Positions 11,668 to 22,355 of a DNA stretch of 64,000 bases are shown here, one piece after another. Both the position numbers and the translations under genes were made by a program. The stretch is from Alphaproteobacteria bacterium (lineage in GTDB: Bacteria; Pseudomonadota; Alphaproteobacteria; Micropepsales; Micropepsaceae). Where the stretch lies: positions 19,638 to 83,637 of the forward strand of contig CANHNJ010000007.1 in NCBI GenBank assembly GCA_947462105.1, read 5' to 3'. Position 1 is the first letter of the stretch. Each line of letters opens with the position of its first letter. The notes below the pieces were generated by a model. The model had not been told where the DNA came from, made no database searches, and worked only from the letters and a program-made list of their open reading frames with translations.

Positions 11668-12390
11668 GTGTTAGAGCGTCGTGTGCAGGAGCCGGACGCG
11701 CCGCTGGTCGCCGATTTCTATGGCACCCGCGCCGGCATGATCGCGCGCCGTGCCATTCTCGCCCGGCTGAAGGCGATGTGGCCGGGCCTGTTCGGCTATC
11801 GCCTGCTGGGCTTCGGCTTCACCACGCCCTATCTCACCGCCTTCGGAGCCGAGCGCGCCATCGCCGCCGGTCCCGTCTCGCTGGGCGGGGCGCACCTGAT
11901 CTGCGAGGAAGAGTCGCTGCCTTTCGCCGACGCGCTGTTCGACCGGGTGCTGCTGGTGCATGCGCTGGAGCATGCCGAGAGCCTGCGCCCGCTGCTGCGC
12001 CAGTTGTGGCGGGTGCTGGCACCGGAAGGCAGGCTGCTGGTGGTGGCGCCCAATCGCGCCAGCCTGTGGGCGCAGATCGATCGCATCCCCTTCGGCCAGG
12101 GCCGTCCTTTCTCGCGCCCGGAACTGGACCGCATTCTGCGTGAGGCCTTGTTCGAACCGGAACGCTGGGAGCGGGCGCTCTATGCGCCGCCGCTGGGCAC
12201 GCGCTTCCTGGCGAATAACGGCGTGGGCTGGGAAAAGGCGGGGGCGCTGCTATTTCCGGCGCTGGGCGGCGTTCATCTTGTGGAAGCAAGGAAATCGATC
12301 TACGCGATGACACCGCTGCCGGTGGAAACGGCTTCGGTGACGCCGCTGCTGCAGCCGGATTTCTCTAGCTCTTCTTCAGCAAGAAAATAG
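11668..12390 (+). CDS. Class I SAM-dependent methyltransferase (YafS-like)
   Basis: LLGFGF, LPFADALFDRVLLVHALE, RVLAPEGRL; divergent from gloB as usual. Confidence 0.85.
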   Translation: MLERRVQEPDAPLVADFYGTRAGMIARRAILARLKAMWPGLFGYRLLGFGFTTPYLTAFGAERAIAAGPVSLGGAHLICEEESLPFADALFDRVLLVHALEHAESLRPLLRQLWRVLAPEGRLLVVAPNRASLWAQIDRIPFGQGRPFSRPELDRILREALFEPERWERALYAPPLGTRFLANNGVGWEKAGALLFPALGGVHLVEARKSIYAMTPLPVETASVTPLLQPDFSSSSSARK

Positions 12391-12985
12391 CACCCGGGGC
12401 CCACAGGTTGGGGCCGAGATAGCCGCGATTGACCGCATCCGGCCGCATGCGGCGGGTGTTGCCATTGGCGTCGAGCGCATGCGCCTCGACGATGGTCGCC
12501 CCAACCGTCTGGGTCAGGTCGACGAAATCGGCCAGGCTGCAAAGATGGATGTTGGGCGTGTCGTACCAGTTGTAATCCAGCGTGCGGGTGCGCGGCATCT
12601 TGCCGAACGCGACGAGCGAGGCACGCACTTTCCAGTAGCCAAAATTGGGCAACGACACCGCCACGCGCCGCCCGATGCGCAGCATGTCGGTGAGAACCTT
12701 GGCGGGCTTTTCCGTCGCCTGGATGGTCTGGGACAGGATCACCGCATCGAAGACGCCACCGGGATATTCGGCCAGGTCGGTATCGGCATCGCCTTGCACC
12801 ACCGACAGGCCGCGCGCGACGCAGGCATTGACGTTCTGCTGCGAGATCTCGATGCCGCGCCCATCGACGCACTTGGCGCGCACCAGATGGTCGAGCAGTT
12901 CGCCGTCGCCGCAGCCAACATCCAGCACCCGCGTGCCGGGGCGGATCATGTCGGCGATGGCGGCCAGTTCGGGGCGCAGGCTCAT
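12365..12985 (-). CDS. metW: Methionine biosynthesis protein MetW
   Basis: [30 protein letters not shown]; overlaps metX. Confidence 0.95.
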   Translation of the reverse strand: MSLRPELAAIADMIRPGTRVLDVGCGDGELLDHLVRAKCVDGRGIEISQQNVNACVARGLSVVQGDADTDLAEYPGGVFDAVILSQTIQATEKPAKVLTDMLRIGRRVAVSLPNFGYWKVRASLVAFGKMPRTRTLDYNWYDTPNIHLCSLADFVDLTQTVGATIVEAHALDANGNTRRMRPDAVNRGYLGPNLWAPGAIFLLKKS

Positions 12986-14145
12986 GCGATGCCGACCTCG
13001 CGCGCCACGGCGTCAACGAAGCCGTCCACGGCCGCATACATTTCCGGTTCGTCCAGCAGGAAGGCGTCATGGCCCTTGTCGCTGTCGATCACGACGAAGG
13101 AGACATTGCCCGCCACGGCATTCAGCGCATGCGCCACATGCTTGTTCTCGGCGGGCGGGAACAGCCAGTCGCTGGTAAAGGCGATGATGCAAAAGCGGGT
13201 GGGCGAATTGCGAAACACTTCTGCCAGCTTGCCGCCATGCTCCTCGGCCATGTCGAAATAGTCCATGGCGCGGGTGATGTAGAGATAGGAGTTGGCGTCG
13301 AAGCGATCCACGAAGGCCGCGCCCTGATAGTGCAGGTAGCTTTCGATCTGGAAGTCTGGCGCGAACTGAAACGAAAGGCTGGCGCGGTTCTGCAGGTTGC
13401 GGCCAAACTTGCGCTGCAGTGCCGCCTCCGACAGGTAGGTGATGTGCGCGGCCATGCGCGCCACCGCCAGGCCCTTGGAGGGGAAGGTGCCGGCAATGGC
13501 GTATTCGCCATTCTTCCATTCGGGATCGGCCATGATCGCCTGGCGTCCCACTTCATGCAGGGCGATGTTCTGCGCCGAATGGCGCGCGGCGCAGGCGATG
13601 GGAATGCAGGCGCGCACGCTGTCGGGATAGGACGCGGCCCATTGCAGCACCTGCATGCCGCCCATCGAGCCGCCGATCACGGCGAAGAGTTTCTCGATCC
13701 CCAGCGCATCGACCAGCATCTTCTGCGACCGCACCATGTCGCGGATGGTGATGAGCGGAAAGGTGAGGCCATAGGGCTTGCCCGTCGCCAGATCGATGTC
13801 GGCCGGGCCGGTGGACCCCATGCAGCCGCCGATCACGTTGGCGCAGATGACAAAGAAACGGTCGGTGTCGATGGGCTTGCCCGGACCTACAAGCGAAATC
13901 CACCAGCCCGGCTTGCCGGTGACGGGATTGTTGGAGGCGACGAACTGGTCGCCGGTCAGGGCGTGGCAGATCAGGATGGCGTTGCTCTTGTCGGCGTTGA
14001 GCGTGCCGTGGCTAATATAGGCGACCGTGACAGGCGACAGGCTGCGGCCGCAATCCAGCGGCAGGGGCTGATCAAAGGTGATCGCCTGGCCCTTGTCGGC
14101 TTCATGCGCCGTTATGGGGCGCGTAAAACGGGGGTGTTCTGCCAT
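12982..14145 (-). CDS. metX: Homoserine O-acetyltransferase
   Basis: [15 protein letters not shown] nucleophile elbow, KGHDAFL. Confidence 0.96.
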   Translation of the reverse strand: MAEHPRFTRPITAHEADKGQAITFDQPLPLDCGRSLSPVTVAYISHGTLNADKSNAILICHALTGDQFVASNNPVTGKPGWWISLVGPGKPIDTDRFFVICANVIGGCMGSTGPADIDLATGKPYGLTFPLITIRDMVRSQKMLVDALGIEKLFAVIGGSMGGMQVLQWAASYPDSVRACIPIACAARHSAQNIALHEVGRQAIMADPEWKNGEYAIAGTFPSKGLAVARMAAHITYLSEAALQRKFGRNLQNRASLSFQFAPDFQIESYLHYQGAAFVDRFDANSYLYITRAMDYFDMAEEHGGKLAEVFRNSPTRFCIIAFTSDWLFPPAENKHVAHALNAVAGNVSFVVIDSDKGHDAFLLDEPEMYAAVDGFVDAVAREVGIA

Positions 14146-14153
14146 GGTAGCGT

Positions 14154-14182
14154 TAGCTAAGACCCCCTTGCCCCCCTGTCAA
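14154..14182 (-). promoter_or_regulatory. Sigma70-type promoter of metX (probably leaderless mRNA)
   Basis: Minus strand TTGACA-N17-TAGCTA, ending 8 nt before the metX ATG; no SD. Confidence 0.6.
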
Positions 14183-14256
14183 CGAAGAGCAGCCCTGCTT
14201 TGCTTTTGCGGGGGGCTGCCACTATCAATACCGCCGTTTTCGAGCCTGACCGCCAC

Positions 14257-15360
14257 ATGACAGAACCCACGCCCAAGCCCGGCATCCTGGACATCGAACT
14301 CTATGTCGGTGGCCGCTCCACCGTGCCCGGCGTCGAGAAGATCACCAAACTCTCCTCCAACGAGAGCCCGCTGGGCCCGTCGCCGGCCGCCGTCGCGGCG
14401 CTGGCCGCCGCCGCCCGGGAACTGCAGCTTTATCCCGATGGCTCCTCGCGCCTGCTGCGGGAGGCCATCGCCAGGGCCGAAGGCATCGACCCGGCGCGCA
14501 TCGTGGCGGGCGGCGAAGGCTCCGGCCCGCTCCTCACCCTGATCGCCAATGCTTATTTGCAGCCGGGCGACGAGGTCATCTTCAGCCGCCACGCCTTCCT
14601 GATCTACGAGATCGCCACCCGCGCCAACAGCGCCCGGCCGGTGATCGTGGACGAGAAGACCACCAATGGCGGCATCAAGATCGATGTGACGGCGATGCTG
14701 GCGGCGGTGACGGACAAGACCCGCATTGTCTACATCGCCAATCCCAACAATCCGACGGGATCGTATCTCACCCGCGACGAGATGAAGGCGCTGCATGCGG
14801 GGTTGCCCCCGAACGTGCTGCTGGTGATCGACGCCGCCTATGGCGAGTTCGTCGATGCGCCCGATTACGATATCGGGCTGGAACTGGCGCAGACGCATGG
14901 CAACGTCGTGATGACCCGTACCTTCTCCAAGATTCACGGGCTGGCGGCGCTGCGGCTGGGCTGGGCCTATGTGCCGCAAGCGGTGGCCGATGTGCTCAAC
15001 CGCATTCGCGGGCCGTTCCCGACCTCGCCGCTGCAGCAGCAGGCAGGCGCCGCCGCCATTGCCGATATGGCGCATCTTGAAAAGGCGGCGGCCCATAACG
15101 CCAGGTGGCGCAGCTGGCTGACGGCTGAGATTCGGGCCACCGGCCTGAAGGTGGATGATAGCGCGGCGAACTTTGTGCTGATCCATTTTCCGCCCGGCCC
15201 CAAGGACGCGAAAGCAGCCGATGCCTTCCTGCTGGCGCGCGGCATCATCCTGCGCGGTGTCGGCGCCTATGGCCTGCCCGATTGCCTGCGCCTGACGGTG
15301 GGCACGGAAGAGGCCAACCGCCTGGTGGCGGCGGCGCTGCGCGATTTCGTGCAAAGCTAG
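14257..15360 (+). CDS. hisC: Histidinol-phosphate aminotransferase
   Basis: [43 protein letters not shown]. Confidence 0.93.
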   Translation: MTEPTPKPGILDIELYVGGRSTVPGVEKITKLSSNESPLGPSPAAVAALAAAARELQLYPDGSSRLLREAIARAEGIDPARIVAGGEGSGPLLTLIANAYLQPGDEVIFSRHAFLIYEIATRANSARPVIVDEKTTNGGIKIDVTAMLAAVTDKTRIVYIANPNNPTGSYLTRDEMKALHAGLPPNVLLVIDAAYGEFVDAPDYDIGLELAQTHGNVVMTRTFSKIHGLAALRLGWAYVPQAVADVLNRIRGPFPTSPLQQQAGAAAIADMAHLEKAAAHNARWRSWLTAEIRATGLKVDDSAANFVLIHFPPGPKDAKAADAFLLARGIILRGVGAYGLPDCLRLTVGTEEANRLVAAALRDFVQS

Positions 15361-16151
15361 TAAAGCGCTTCCATCAGCGCGACGATGGCGCCCGCCTGCT
15401 CTGGCCGCATGCCATTTTCCACGCCATTGAGCTCGGTGCGGGTGACATTGGCGGCGCCGCCGGCATCATGCCAGGCCGCATGTGCCGCAGCGGGCGCGAT
15501 TTCGCCCTTCAGCAGTGCGGCATAGGCCTTGGCGCGCACGACGGTGTTGTAGACGCCCAGCGTCTTTACGCTCTGGCCGAACGGGCCCAGCGCGCCTTTG
15601 ACGCCGTCAGCCGCCGCCACCATGTCGATGCCGTCATTGTCGCCGCGGCGCAGATGAAACTGCACGCGCGCGGCATTGAGGGTTGCCGAGGTGAACTGCG
15701 CGATGTCGATATCCAGCCGCGCCACGCCGGCCGCGTCGCGGATCACGCTGGCATGCAGCGCACCGGGCAGGAAGCTGGCACTGTGTGGGCGATCCGCCGC
15801 ATCCACCCAGGCGAGCTTCTGCTGGCCTGCCGCTTCGAACACGATGCGGGTGTCCAGATATGTCAGGCGATGCAGGGCGAAGTTCGGGCTCTCCCAGCGG
15901 AAAGGCCCGTGCGGGCCCTGGCCATGCGCCACCAGATTTTCGAATACCGCATCGATGCGGAAGGGAAAGCCCGCCATTTCGACCTTCGACCAGTCCAGCG
16001 TCACGCCGGGCACGGCCTCGCGGCCCTTGATGGTCGCCAGCTTCTGTTCGAACGCGCTGGTCGCATGCCACCAGAACAGGGTGACGCCCAGTGCCAGGGC
16101 CAGGAACAGGACGATGGGGGCGTAGAGGAAGAAGCGGCTGGAGTATTTCAT
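15357..16151 (-). CDS. DUF2125-like membrane-anchored protein
   Basis: N-terminal TM helix and GFPFRI motif. Confidence 0.7.
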   Translation of the reverse strand: MKYSSRFFLYAPIVLFLALALGVTLFWWHATSAFEQKLATIKGREAVPGVTLDWSKVEMAGFPFRIDAVFENLVAHGQGPHGPFRWESPNFALHRLTYLDTRIVFEAAGQQKLAWVDAADRPHSASFLPGALHASVIRDAAGVARLDIDIAQFTSATLNAARVQFHLRRGDNDGIDMVAAADGVKGALGPFGQSVKTLGVYNTVVRAKAYAALLKGEIAPAAAHAAWHDAGGAANVTRTELNGVENGMRPEQAGAIVALMEALY

Positions 16152-16211
16152 CAGGAGTGTCGGCCCAGCATAGCGAAGCGCAGCGTCAGGCCGCGCGACC
16201 AAAAGACAAAG

Positions 16212-18554
16212 CTAGTTACACTTCGAATGGCCGCAGGACAAACAGGAATCGCAGCCTTCCCGCGCCACAAAGGCGGCATCGCCGCAACGCGGGCAGAACC
16301 GCGTCCGTGCGCCTTCCTGGGGCAGGGAATGGGCCTGTGACAGGCCGTGGGCGAGCGGCTGCACGCCGGACAAGCTGCGGTTGCGCTGGCCCATGAAGCC
16401 GATCTCGATCATGTGACGTTCGATCACCTCGCCGATGGCTGCCAGCAGGGATGGAACATAGCGCCCACCCATCCACTGGCCGCCGCGCGGGTCGAAGATC
16501 GCCTTCAGCTCGTCCACCACGAAGGCGACGTCGCCGCCGCGCCGGAACACCGCCGAGATCATGCGGGTGAGCGCCAGCGCCCAGGCATAGGCTTCCATGT
16601 TCTTGGAATTGATGAAGACCTCGAAGGGCCGCCGCCGCCCATCGCGCTCCAGGTCGTTGATGGTGATGTAGAAGGCGTGGTCGCTTTCGCCCCACTTGAT
16701 CTTGTAGGTGCGGCCGACCAGCTCTTCCGGCCGGTCCAGCGGACGGGTCATGTAGACGACGCTGTTGCGCGGCTCCGGTTCGGGCAGCGGCAGTTCGGGT
16801 TCGCCGCTTCTCTCCTTCAGGTCGCGCGCGATGATGCTCTCGGCGGGAATGGCATCGGCCGGCTCCTCGAACGACAGGACCGAACCCGTCACGTCATTGG
16901 GGCGATAGGTGGTGCAGCCCTTGCAGCCCTGCTCGTAGCCCGACAGGTAAACCTCGGCGAAATCGTCAAAGGCGATGCCGCGCGGCACGTTGATGGTCTT
17001 GGAAATGGCGCTGTCGATGAAGGGCTGCGCCGCCGCCTGCACCGCCAGGTGATCGGCGGGCGCGAGGGTCTGGGCGCTGACGAAATAGTCGGGCAGCGGC
17101 GCATCCGCGCCATGCTTCGCCCGGAAGGCGCGCACGGCGTAGTCCTCGACCTTCTCCTGGGTACGTGTGCCGTCGGGCTGCAGCACCTTGCGGGTGTAGT
17201 CGAACGCAAAGACCGGCTCGATGCCGCTGGAGACATTGTCGGCGAAGAGCGATATCGTGCCGGTGGGCGCGATCGATGTGAGCAAGGCGTTGCGGATGCC
17301 ATGCGCCGCGATGGCGTTGTAGATGTCGGGCGGCAACCCCTGGATATGCGGGCGCGCCAGATAGGCATTGGCATCGTAAAGCGGGAAGGTGCCCTTTTCC
17401 CGGGCCAGTTCGACGGAAGCGCGATAGGCGGCGTTGGACAGCGTCGCCAACCAGGTCTTGATCAGGATCAGGCTGTCCAGCGAACCATACTTGACCTTGC
17501 AGAAGATCAGGGCGTCGGCGAGCCCGGTTACGCCCAGCCCGATGCGGCGCTTGGCGGCGGCCTCGCGCGCCTGCGCTTCCAGCGGGAAGCGCGACACATC
17601 GATGGCGTTGTCCAGCAAGCGCACCGCAGTGGCGGTGAGCTTCTCCAGCGCTTCAAGATCCAGCTGCGCGCCGTCTTCGAACGGGTTCTTCACCAATTTT
17701 GCCAGGTTGATCGAACCCAGCAGGCAGGCCCCATAGGGCGGCAGGGGCTGCTCGCCGCAGGGGTTGGTGGCGGCGATGGTCTCGGCATAGGCCAGGTTGT
17801 TCAGCGCATTGATGCGGTCGATGAAGATCACGCCCGGCTCGGCATAGTCGTAGGTCGAGCGCATGATGCGCGCCCACAGGTCCCGCGCCTTCACCGTGCG
17901 CGCGATCTCGCCGCCGAACGCCAGCGGCCAGTCGGCATCGGCCTTCACCGCCGCCATGAAGGCATCGGTCACCAGCACCGACAGGTTGAAGTTGGAAAGA
18001 CGCCCTGGCGTGCGCTTGGCGTCAATGAAATCCTCGATGTCGGGATGATCGACCCGCAGCGTCGCCATCATGGCGCCGCGCCGCGAACCGGCGCTCATGA
18101 TGGTGCGGCACATCGAATCCCACACCTCCATGAAGGAGACGGGGCCGGAGGCATCCGCCCCCACACCCTTTACGCCCGCACCCTTGGGCCGCAGGGTGGA
18201 GAAGTCGTAGCCGATGCCGCCGCCCTGCTGCAGCGTCAGCGCCGCTTCGCGCAGGGCGCAGAAGATGCCGTCCATCGAATCCTCGATGGTGCCCATCACG
18301 AAACAGTTGAACAGCGTCACACTGCGGCCGGTGCCGGCCCCGGCCAGAATGCGCCCGGCCGGCAGGAATTTGTGCCCGGCCAGAGCCGTGCCGAATTCCT
18401 GCGCCCGCGCGCTCTTTGTCTCAGGCTTCTCGGCCTGCGCCAGGGCCAGCGCGACGCGGGCCCAGCTTTCCGCCATGTCGCCATCCACGGGGGTGCCGTC
18501 CGGCTGCTTGAAGCGGTACTTCATGTCCCAGATCTGGCGGGAGATAGGGGTCAT
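16212..18554 (-). CDS. nrdJ: Adenosylcobalamin-dependent (class II) ribonucleotide reductase with C-terminal TSCPD and Zn ribbon
   Basis: FLPAGRI, FNCFV, ATNPCGEQPL, IAPTGTIS, CKGCTTYR, terminal CPRC..CLSC. Start 18554 is preferred over 18569. Confidence 0.93.
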   Translation of the reverse strand: MTPISRQIWDMKYRFKQPDGTPVDGDMAESWARVALALAQAEKPETKSARAQEFGTALAGHKFLPAGRILAGAGTGRSVTLFNCFVMGTIEDSMDGIFCALREAALTLQQGGGIGYDFSTLRPKGAGVKGVGADASGPVSFMEVWDSMCRTIMSAGSRRGAMMATLRVDHPDIEDFIDAKRTPGRLSNFNLSVLVTDAFMAAVKADADWPLAFGGEIARTVKARDLWARIMRSTYDYAEPGVIFIDRINALNNLAYAETIAATNPCGEQPLPPYGACLLGSINLAKLVKNPFEDGAQLDLEALEKLTATAVRLLDNAIDVSRFPLEAQAREAAAKRRIGLGVTGLADALIFCKVKYGSLDSLILIKTWLATLSNAAYRASVELAREKGTFPLYDANAYLARPHIQGLPPDIYNAIAAHGIRNALLTSIAPTGTISLFADNVSSGIEPVFAFDYTRKVLQPDGTRTQEKVEDYAVRAFRAKHGADAPLPDYFVSAQTLAPADHLAVQAAAQPFIDSAISKTINVPRGIAFDDFAEVYLSGYEQGCKGCTTYRPNDVTGSVLSFEEPADAIPAESIIARDLKERSGEPELPLPEPEPRNSVVYMTRPLDRPEELVGRTYKIKWGESDHAFYITINDLERDGRRRPFEVFINSKNMEAYAWALALTRMISAVFRRGGDVAFVVDELKAIFDPRGGQWMGGRYVPSLLAAIGEVIERHMIEIGFMGQRNRSLSGVQPLAHGLSQAHSLPQEGARTRFCPRCGDAAFVAREGCDSCLSCGHSKCN

Positions 18555-18626
18555 ACGGGTACCAATCACAAAGGCGGCGGGGCTTCCACCGCAGTCCGCG
18601 TGTTCACTTAACGTTCTGCGGCAGGT

Positions 18627-19319
18627 TTAGCCCAAAAGCGCCCGGGTGGCACTCTCGATCCGCTCTTCCAAGATGGGCATGAAAGCGGCCCTTTTCAGCC
18701 CCGGCGGGATGGGTTCCAGGAAGGCCAGGGTTATCGTCCCGGGCCGCTTCCAGAAGCCCTGCCAGTGGGCGCCCGAATTGTGGGCCACCGGCACGCACGC
18801 CACGCCCAGCTGGCCATAAAGGCCGGCCACGCCCGGCTTGTAGGCGGGCGGTGCCCCCGGTTTCTGGCGGGTGCCTTCCGGAAAGATCACCACCGGGCGG
18901 CCTTGCGCCAGCACCTGTTCTGCGGCCTTGGCCATGAAGCGCAGGGCCGAGGCCCCGGCGGCGCGGTCGATGGGAATGGCGGCGGTCTTGCCGACAAACC
19001 AGCCGAAGAATGGGATCAGCAGCAGCGAACGCTTCAGCACGATGGCCGGATCGCCCAGCACGAGATAGATCGCCAGCGTGTCCCAGGTGCTCATGTGCTT
19101 GGACGCGACCAGGAATGGGCCCTTGGGTACCGGGCCGGTGACGCGCATGTCGATGCCGGCAAACAGCTTCAGCCCCCACAGCACGATGCGCGCCCACAGG
19201 CCGGAAAAGGCCGCCGCCAGCTTGCGCGGGCCCACTAGCAGCGGCAACGCGATCACACCCATCGCCAGCGTGACGGCGGCGAACCACAGCGTGAAGAGAA
19301 CAGAACGCAGGAATAGCAT
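18627..19319 (-). CDS. plsC: 1-acyl-sn-glycerol-3-phosphate acyltransferase family
   Basis: KHMSTWD (HX4D) and FPEGTR motifs. Confidence 0.85.
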   Translation of the reverse strand: MLFLRSVLFTLWFAAVTLAMGVIALPLLVGPRKLAAAFSGLWARIVLWGLKLFAGIDMRVTGPVPKGPFLVASKHMSTWDTLAIYLVLGDPAIVLKRSLLLIPFFGWFVGKTAAIPIDRAAGASALRFMAKAAEQVLAQGRPVVIFPEGTRQKPGAPPAYKPGVAGLYGQLGVACVPVAHNSGAHWQGFWKRPGTITLAFLEPIPPGLKRAAFMPILEERIESATRALLG

Positions 19320-19879
19320 CAGCTGATCGCAGTCATCGCCAGGCTGCCCAGATACTTGATGTATTCGCGTTGCAGCAGCACGGCGGTATCACGATGCTTC
19401 CACCAGCTGGCCATGTCGACGCTGCCATTCTCCACCGGATAGGCGGTGAAGACGATGCCGGGCATCACCTCTGCGAATTCGCGCAGCGCGCGCGGCATGT
19501 GATAGCGCGCGGTGACGATGATCAGGCTTTTGAAATTGTGCGCGTGCGCCCAGTCGGCGGTTTCCTCGGCATTGCCATGCGTGTCTTCCGCCACATAGCC
19601 GACATCGGCGCAGCAGGCGAAGCGCGGCCCGCCTTCGGCGATGCGGCCCAGCGTTTCCTTTTCCGTTTCCATGTCCACGCCGCTGATCAGCAGGCGCTGC
19701 CCCGCGCCCCGTTCCAGCAGTGCCACGGCGGTATCGAGCCGCGCATGGCCGCCGGTCAGCGCCACGATGGCATCGGCATGCGGGTTGGCAGGCTGGACCG
19801 GCATCCGCGCCAGGAAAATGAGGAAGCCCGCCAGATAGACGAGGAGGGCTCCCAGGATGACGCCAAAAAAAGTGCGCAT
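19319..19879 (-). CDS. YdcF/DUF218 family protein
   Basis: IVALTGG, LLISG, THGNAEE, VTARYHMPRA. Confidence 0.88.
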   Translation of the reverse strand: MRTFFGVILGALLVYLAGFLIFLARMPVQPANPHADAIVALTGGHARLDTAVALLERGAGQRLLISGVDMETEKETLGRIAEGGPRFACCADVGYVAEDTHGNAEETADWAHAHNFKSLIIVTARYHMPRALREFAEVMPGIVFTAYPVENGSVDMASWWKHRDTAVLLQREYIKYLGSLAMTAIS

Positions 19880-19930
19880 GGTGTGCAGGATAGCAGTCGT
19901 GCGCGAGGATGCTCAAGCGCAGCGGAAAGC

Positions 19931-20848
19931 CTAGTAAATCGCGCGCACCACGGACAGGACCGACAATCTTGCCGTGGTCCAGGCAATGCCCGCGATCACC
20001 GCCGGCACGGCGGCAAGCCAGGCCAGCTCTGAAAGCGTCAGCGACAAGGGCGGCAGGAACGGCACGGCATCGACGCCGACGATCGCAAGACTGCCGATTC
20101 CCGTGAACAGAAGGGCCGCCGCGACCGTGCCTGCCAGCGACGCCAGCAGGGCTGAGCTGAAATAATGCCATTCGATGTTGCGGGCGATGAAGCCGGCGCG
20201 TGCGCCCATCTGGTGCAGCAGCGCCACCATGTCGTGATGCGCATCAAGGCCGGCACGCGTCGACAGCATCACCACCGCCGCCGTGGCGCCCGCGATCAGC
20301 AGCAGGATGCCATAGGCGGCATAGCGCACCGTGTCGGCCAGGCCCTGCAGCCGCGACATCCAGCGGCGGTGATCGTCCACCACCGCATGCGGCGCGGCAG
20401 CTTCGAGCCGCGCCTGCAGCGCGGCAGTATCCATGGCCTCGCCGGGCGCCAGGGTGGCGTCGATCAGTCGCGGCAGGGGAATGCCCGCCACCACGCCGGA
20501 TTTGCCAATCCAGGGTTCGACCAGCGCAGCGATCTCGCCATCGGACAGCACGCGCACCTGTGCCACGCCCGGCGTGGCGTGCAGCACGGACAGCGCGCTG
20601 CGCACTTCCGCATCCAGACCGGCCTGCACATCGCCGGTCTCCGGTGGCAGCACCTGCACCGTGACGCGGCCGGACAGGCCCGACTGCCAGCCTTCGGCGG
20701 CGCGCGATGCGATCATCGACGAACCCAGCGCCAGTGCCGCCAGCAGCGCCATCACGGCGATGACGAAATCCAGCGGTGCCGCGCCCTTGTCGCGCGGCAT
20801 GATGGTGCGGGCCGCGATCATTCCCGTTTTCTTGCCGGTGTCACTCAT
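19931..20848 (-). CDS. ftsX: Cell division permease
   Basis: Four TM segments; overlaps ftsE. Confidence 0.88.
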   Translation of the reverse strand: MSDTGKKTGMIAARTIMPRDKGAAPLDFVIAVMALLAALALGSSMIASRAAEGWQSGLSGRVTVQVLPPETGDVQAGLDAEVRSALSVLHATPGVAQVRVLSDGEIAALVEPWIGKSGVVAGIPLPRLIDATLAPGEAMDTAALQARLEAAAPHAVVDDHRRWMSRLQGLADTVRYAAYGILLLIAGATAAVVMLSTRAGLDAHHDMVALLHQMGARAGFIARNIEWHYFSSALLASLAGTVAAALLFTGIGSLAIVGVDAVPFLPPLSLTLSELAWLAAVPAVIAGIAWTTARLSVLSVVRAIY

Positions 20849-21525
20849 GCGCTGCGCGCCGCAGTCTGGCGCATTTCCATCACCTGGCCTTCCACCAGCC
20901 GGATCTCGCGGCCGCGCGTTTCCTCGACCAGCATGCGGTCATGGGTGGCGATCAGCACCGTGGTGCCCAGGCGGTTCAGTTCGGCGAAAAGGCGGATCAG
21001 CTTGGCGCCCATTTCCGGATCGACATTGCCGGTGGGCTCGTCGGCGATCAGCAGGTCGGGCCGCGCCACCACGGCGCGCGCGATGGCGACACGCTGCTGT
21101 TCGCCGCCCGACAGGGTGGCAGGCTTGGACGTCATGCGGTCGCCCAGACCGACCCAGGAAAGCAACTCGCGGACGTCGCGGTGGTAATCGGCTTCGCGCT
21201 TGCCCGCCAGCCGCAGCGGCAAGGCGACATTGTCATAGGCCGACAGGTGCGAGAGCAGGGGAAAATCCTGGAACACGACGCCGATGCGGCGGCGCAAGGC
21301 GGGCAGCTCGCCGCGCCGCGCCGTCGCCAGTTCTTCGCCGAACAGGGTAATGAGACCCCGGGACGGCGGTTCGGCGAGGCAAATCAGCTTCAGCAGCGTG
21401 GTCTTGCCCGCACCAGACAGGCCGGTGAGGAAGGTGAACGAGCCCTGCGCCAGCAGGAAGCTGACATCACGCAGCACTTCGGGACCGCTGCCATAGCGCA
21501 TACCCACATTTTCGAACCGGACCAT
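20845..21525 (-). CDS. ftsE: Cell division ATP-binding protein
   Basis: GLSGAGKTT, VFQDF, LSGGEQQR, ADEPTGNVD. Confidence 0.95.
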   Translation of the reverse strand: MVRFENVGMRYGSGPEVLRDVSFLLAQGSFTFLTGLSGAGKTTLLKLICLAEPPSRGLITLFGEELATARRGELPALRRRIGVVFQDFPLLSHLSAYDNVALPLRLAGKREADYHRDVRELLSWVGLGDRMTSKPATLSGGEQQRVAIARAVVARPDLLIADEPTGNVDPEMGAKLIRLFAELNRLGTTVLIATHDRMLVEETRGREIRLVEGQVMEMRQTAARSA

Positions 21526-21603
21526 ATCTGAACTTACCCGGACCTCGCCTTGCGGTCATAGGGCTTTCGCCCCTATTTTCGCCGCCAACCTGCGGCTGTC
21601 CTG

Positions 21604-22353
21604 ATGATTCTGACCTGCCCCTCCTGCGCCACCCGCTATACGGTCGATGCGGCGAAATTCCCGGCCGCAGGCCGCACGGTGCGCTGCGCCAAATGTGCCC
21701 ATAGCTGGCACCAGCCCGGCCCTGAGCCGGAGTTGGAGTCCGGGCCAGATCCGCTGGGCATCTTGGCCGAAGCGGTGCCCGCAACCGAGGCGGCGCCCAC
21801 CCCGTCTGCCAACGCCGCCATGCCGGTGCCGGAAGGCCCTGCCGCCCCGGCAGTAGGCACACGCGCCTATGCGCCACAAGCGCAAATGCCGCCGGATCGT
21901 CCGCGTGGCCAGGGCTTGCAGACGGCAGCGGTGGCGGCGGGCTGGATCGGCCTGATCGCCGTGGTGCTGTTGATCGGCTATTCGGCGGTGCGCTATCGCC
22001 AGGACATCGCGACCATCTGGCCGCAATCGGCGGGCGTCTATTCGGGCCTGGGCCTGGCCGTGAATGCCAGCGGCATCGATTTCCGCGATGTCGCCTATCG
22101 CCGCGAGGCCGAAGACGGCCAGTCGGTGCTGGTGGTCACGGGCCGCATCGTCAACACCGGCCAGCGCGAATTGCCGGTGCCGCAGACGGTGCGCGTCGGC
22201 CTCAACGACTCTGACAATCGCGAGCTCTATCACTGGACCTTCAAGCCCGACGCCATCGTGCTGAAGCCGGGAGCCGAACTGCCTTTCCGCACCCGGCTGT
22301 CCAGCCCGCCCGCCGCCGCGCGTTTCGCGGTGGTGACTTTCGCCAAGGAATGA
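21604..22353 (+). CDS. zitP: MJ0042-type zinc-ribbon / TM / DUF3426 protein (ZitP-like)
   Basis: MILTCPSC..VRCAKC zinc finger, Pro-rich linker, TM helix, C-terminal domain; divergent from ftsE as recalled for Caulobacter zitP. Confidence 0.7.
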   Translation: MILTCPSCATRYTVDAAKFPAAGRTVRCAKCAHSWHQPGPEPELESGPDPLGILAEAVPATEAAPTPSANAAMPVPEGPAAPAVGTRAYAPQAQMPPDRPRGQGLQTAAVAAGWIGLIAVVLLIGYSAVRYRQDIATIWPQSAGVYSGLGLAVNASGIDFRDVAYRREAEDGQSVLVVTGRIVNTGQRELPVPQTVRVGLNDSDNRELYHWTFKPDAIVLKPGAELPFRTRLSSPPAAARFAVVTFAKE

Positions 22354-22355
22354 CC

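Noticed and set aside
14146-14256. SAM riboswitch upstream of metX (TAGCTAA resembles part of SAM-II)
   Set aside because: The hexamer fits better as the -10 of a TTGACA-N17 promoter, and there is no room or stem pattern for an aptamer.
16212-18554. Intein or intron in nrdJ, dnaG or purL
   Set aside because: Lengths and motif spacing are normal, and no intein signatures were seen.
18555-18626. Cobalamin riboswitch or NrdR box before nrdJ
   Set aside because: The gap is only ~70 nt and shows no B12-box or NrdR-box consensus.
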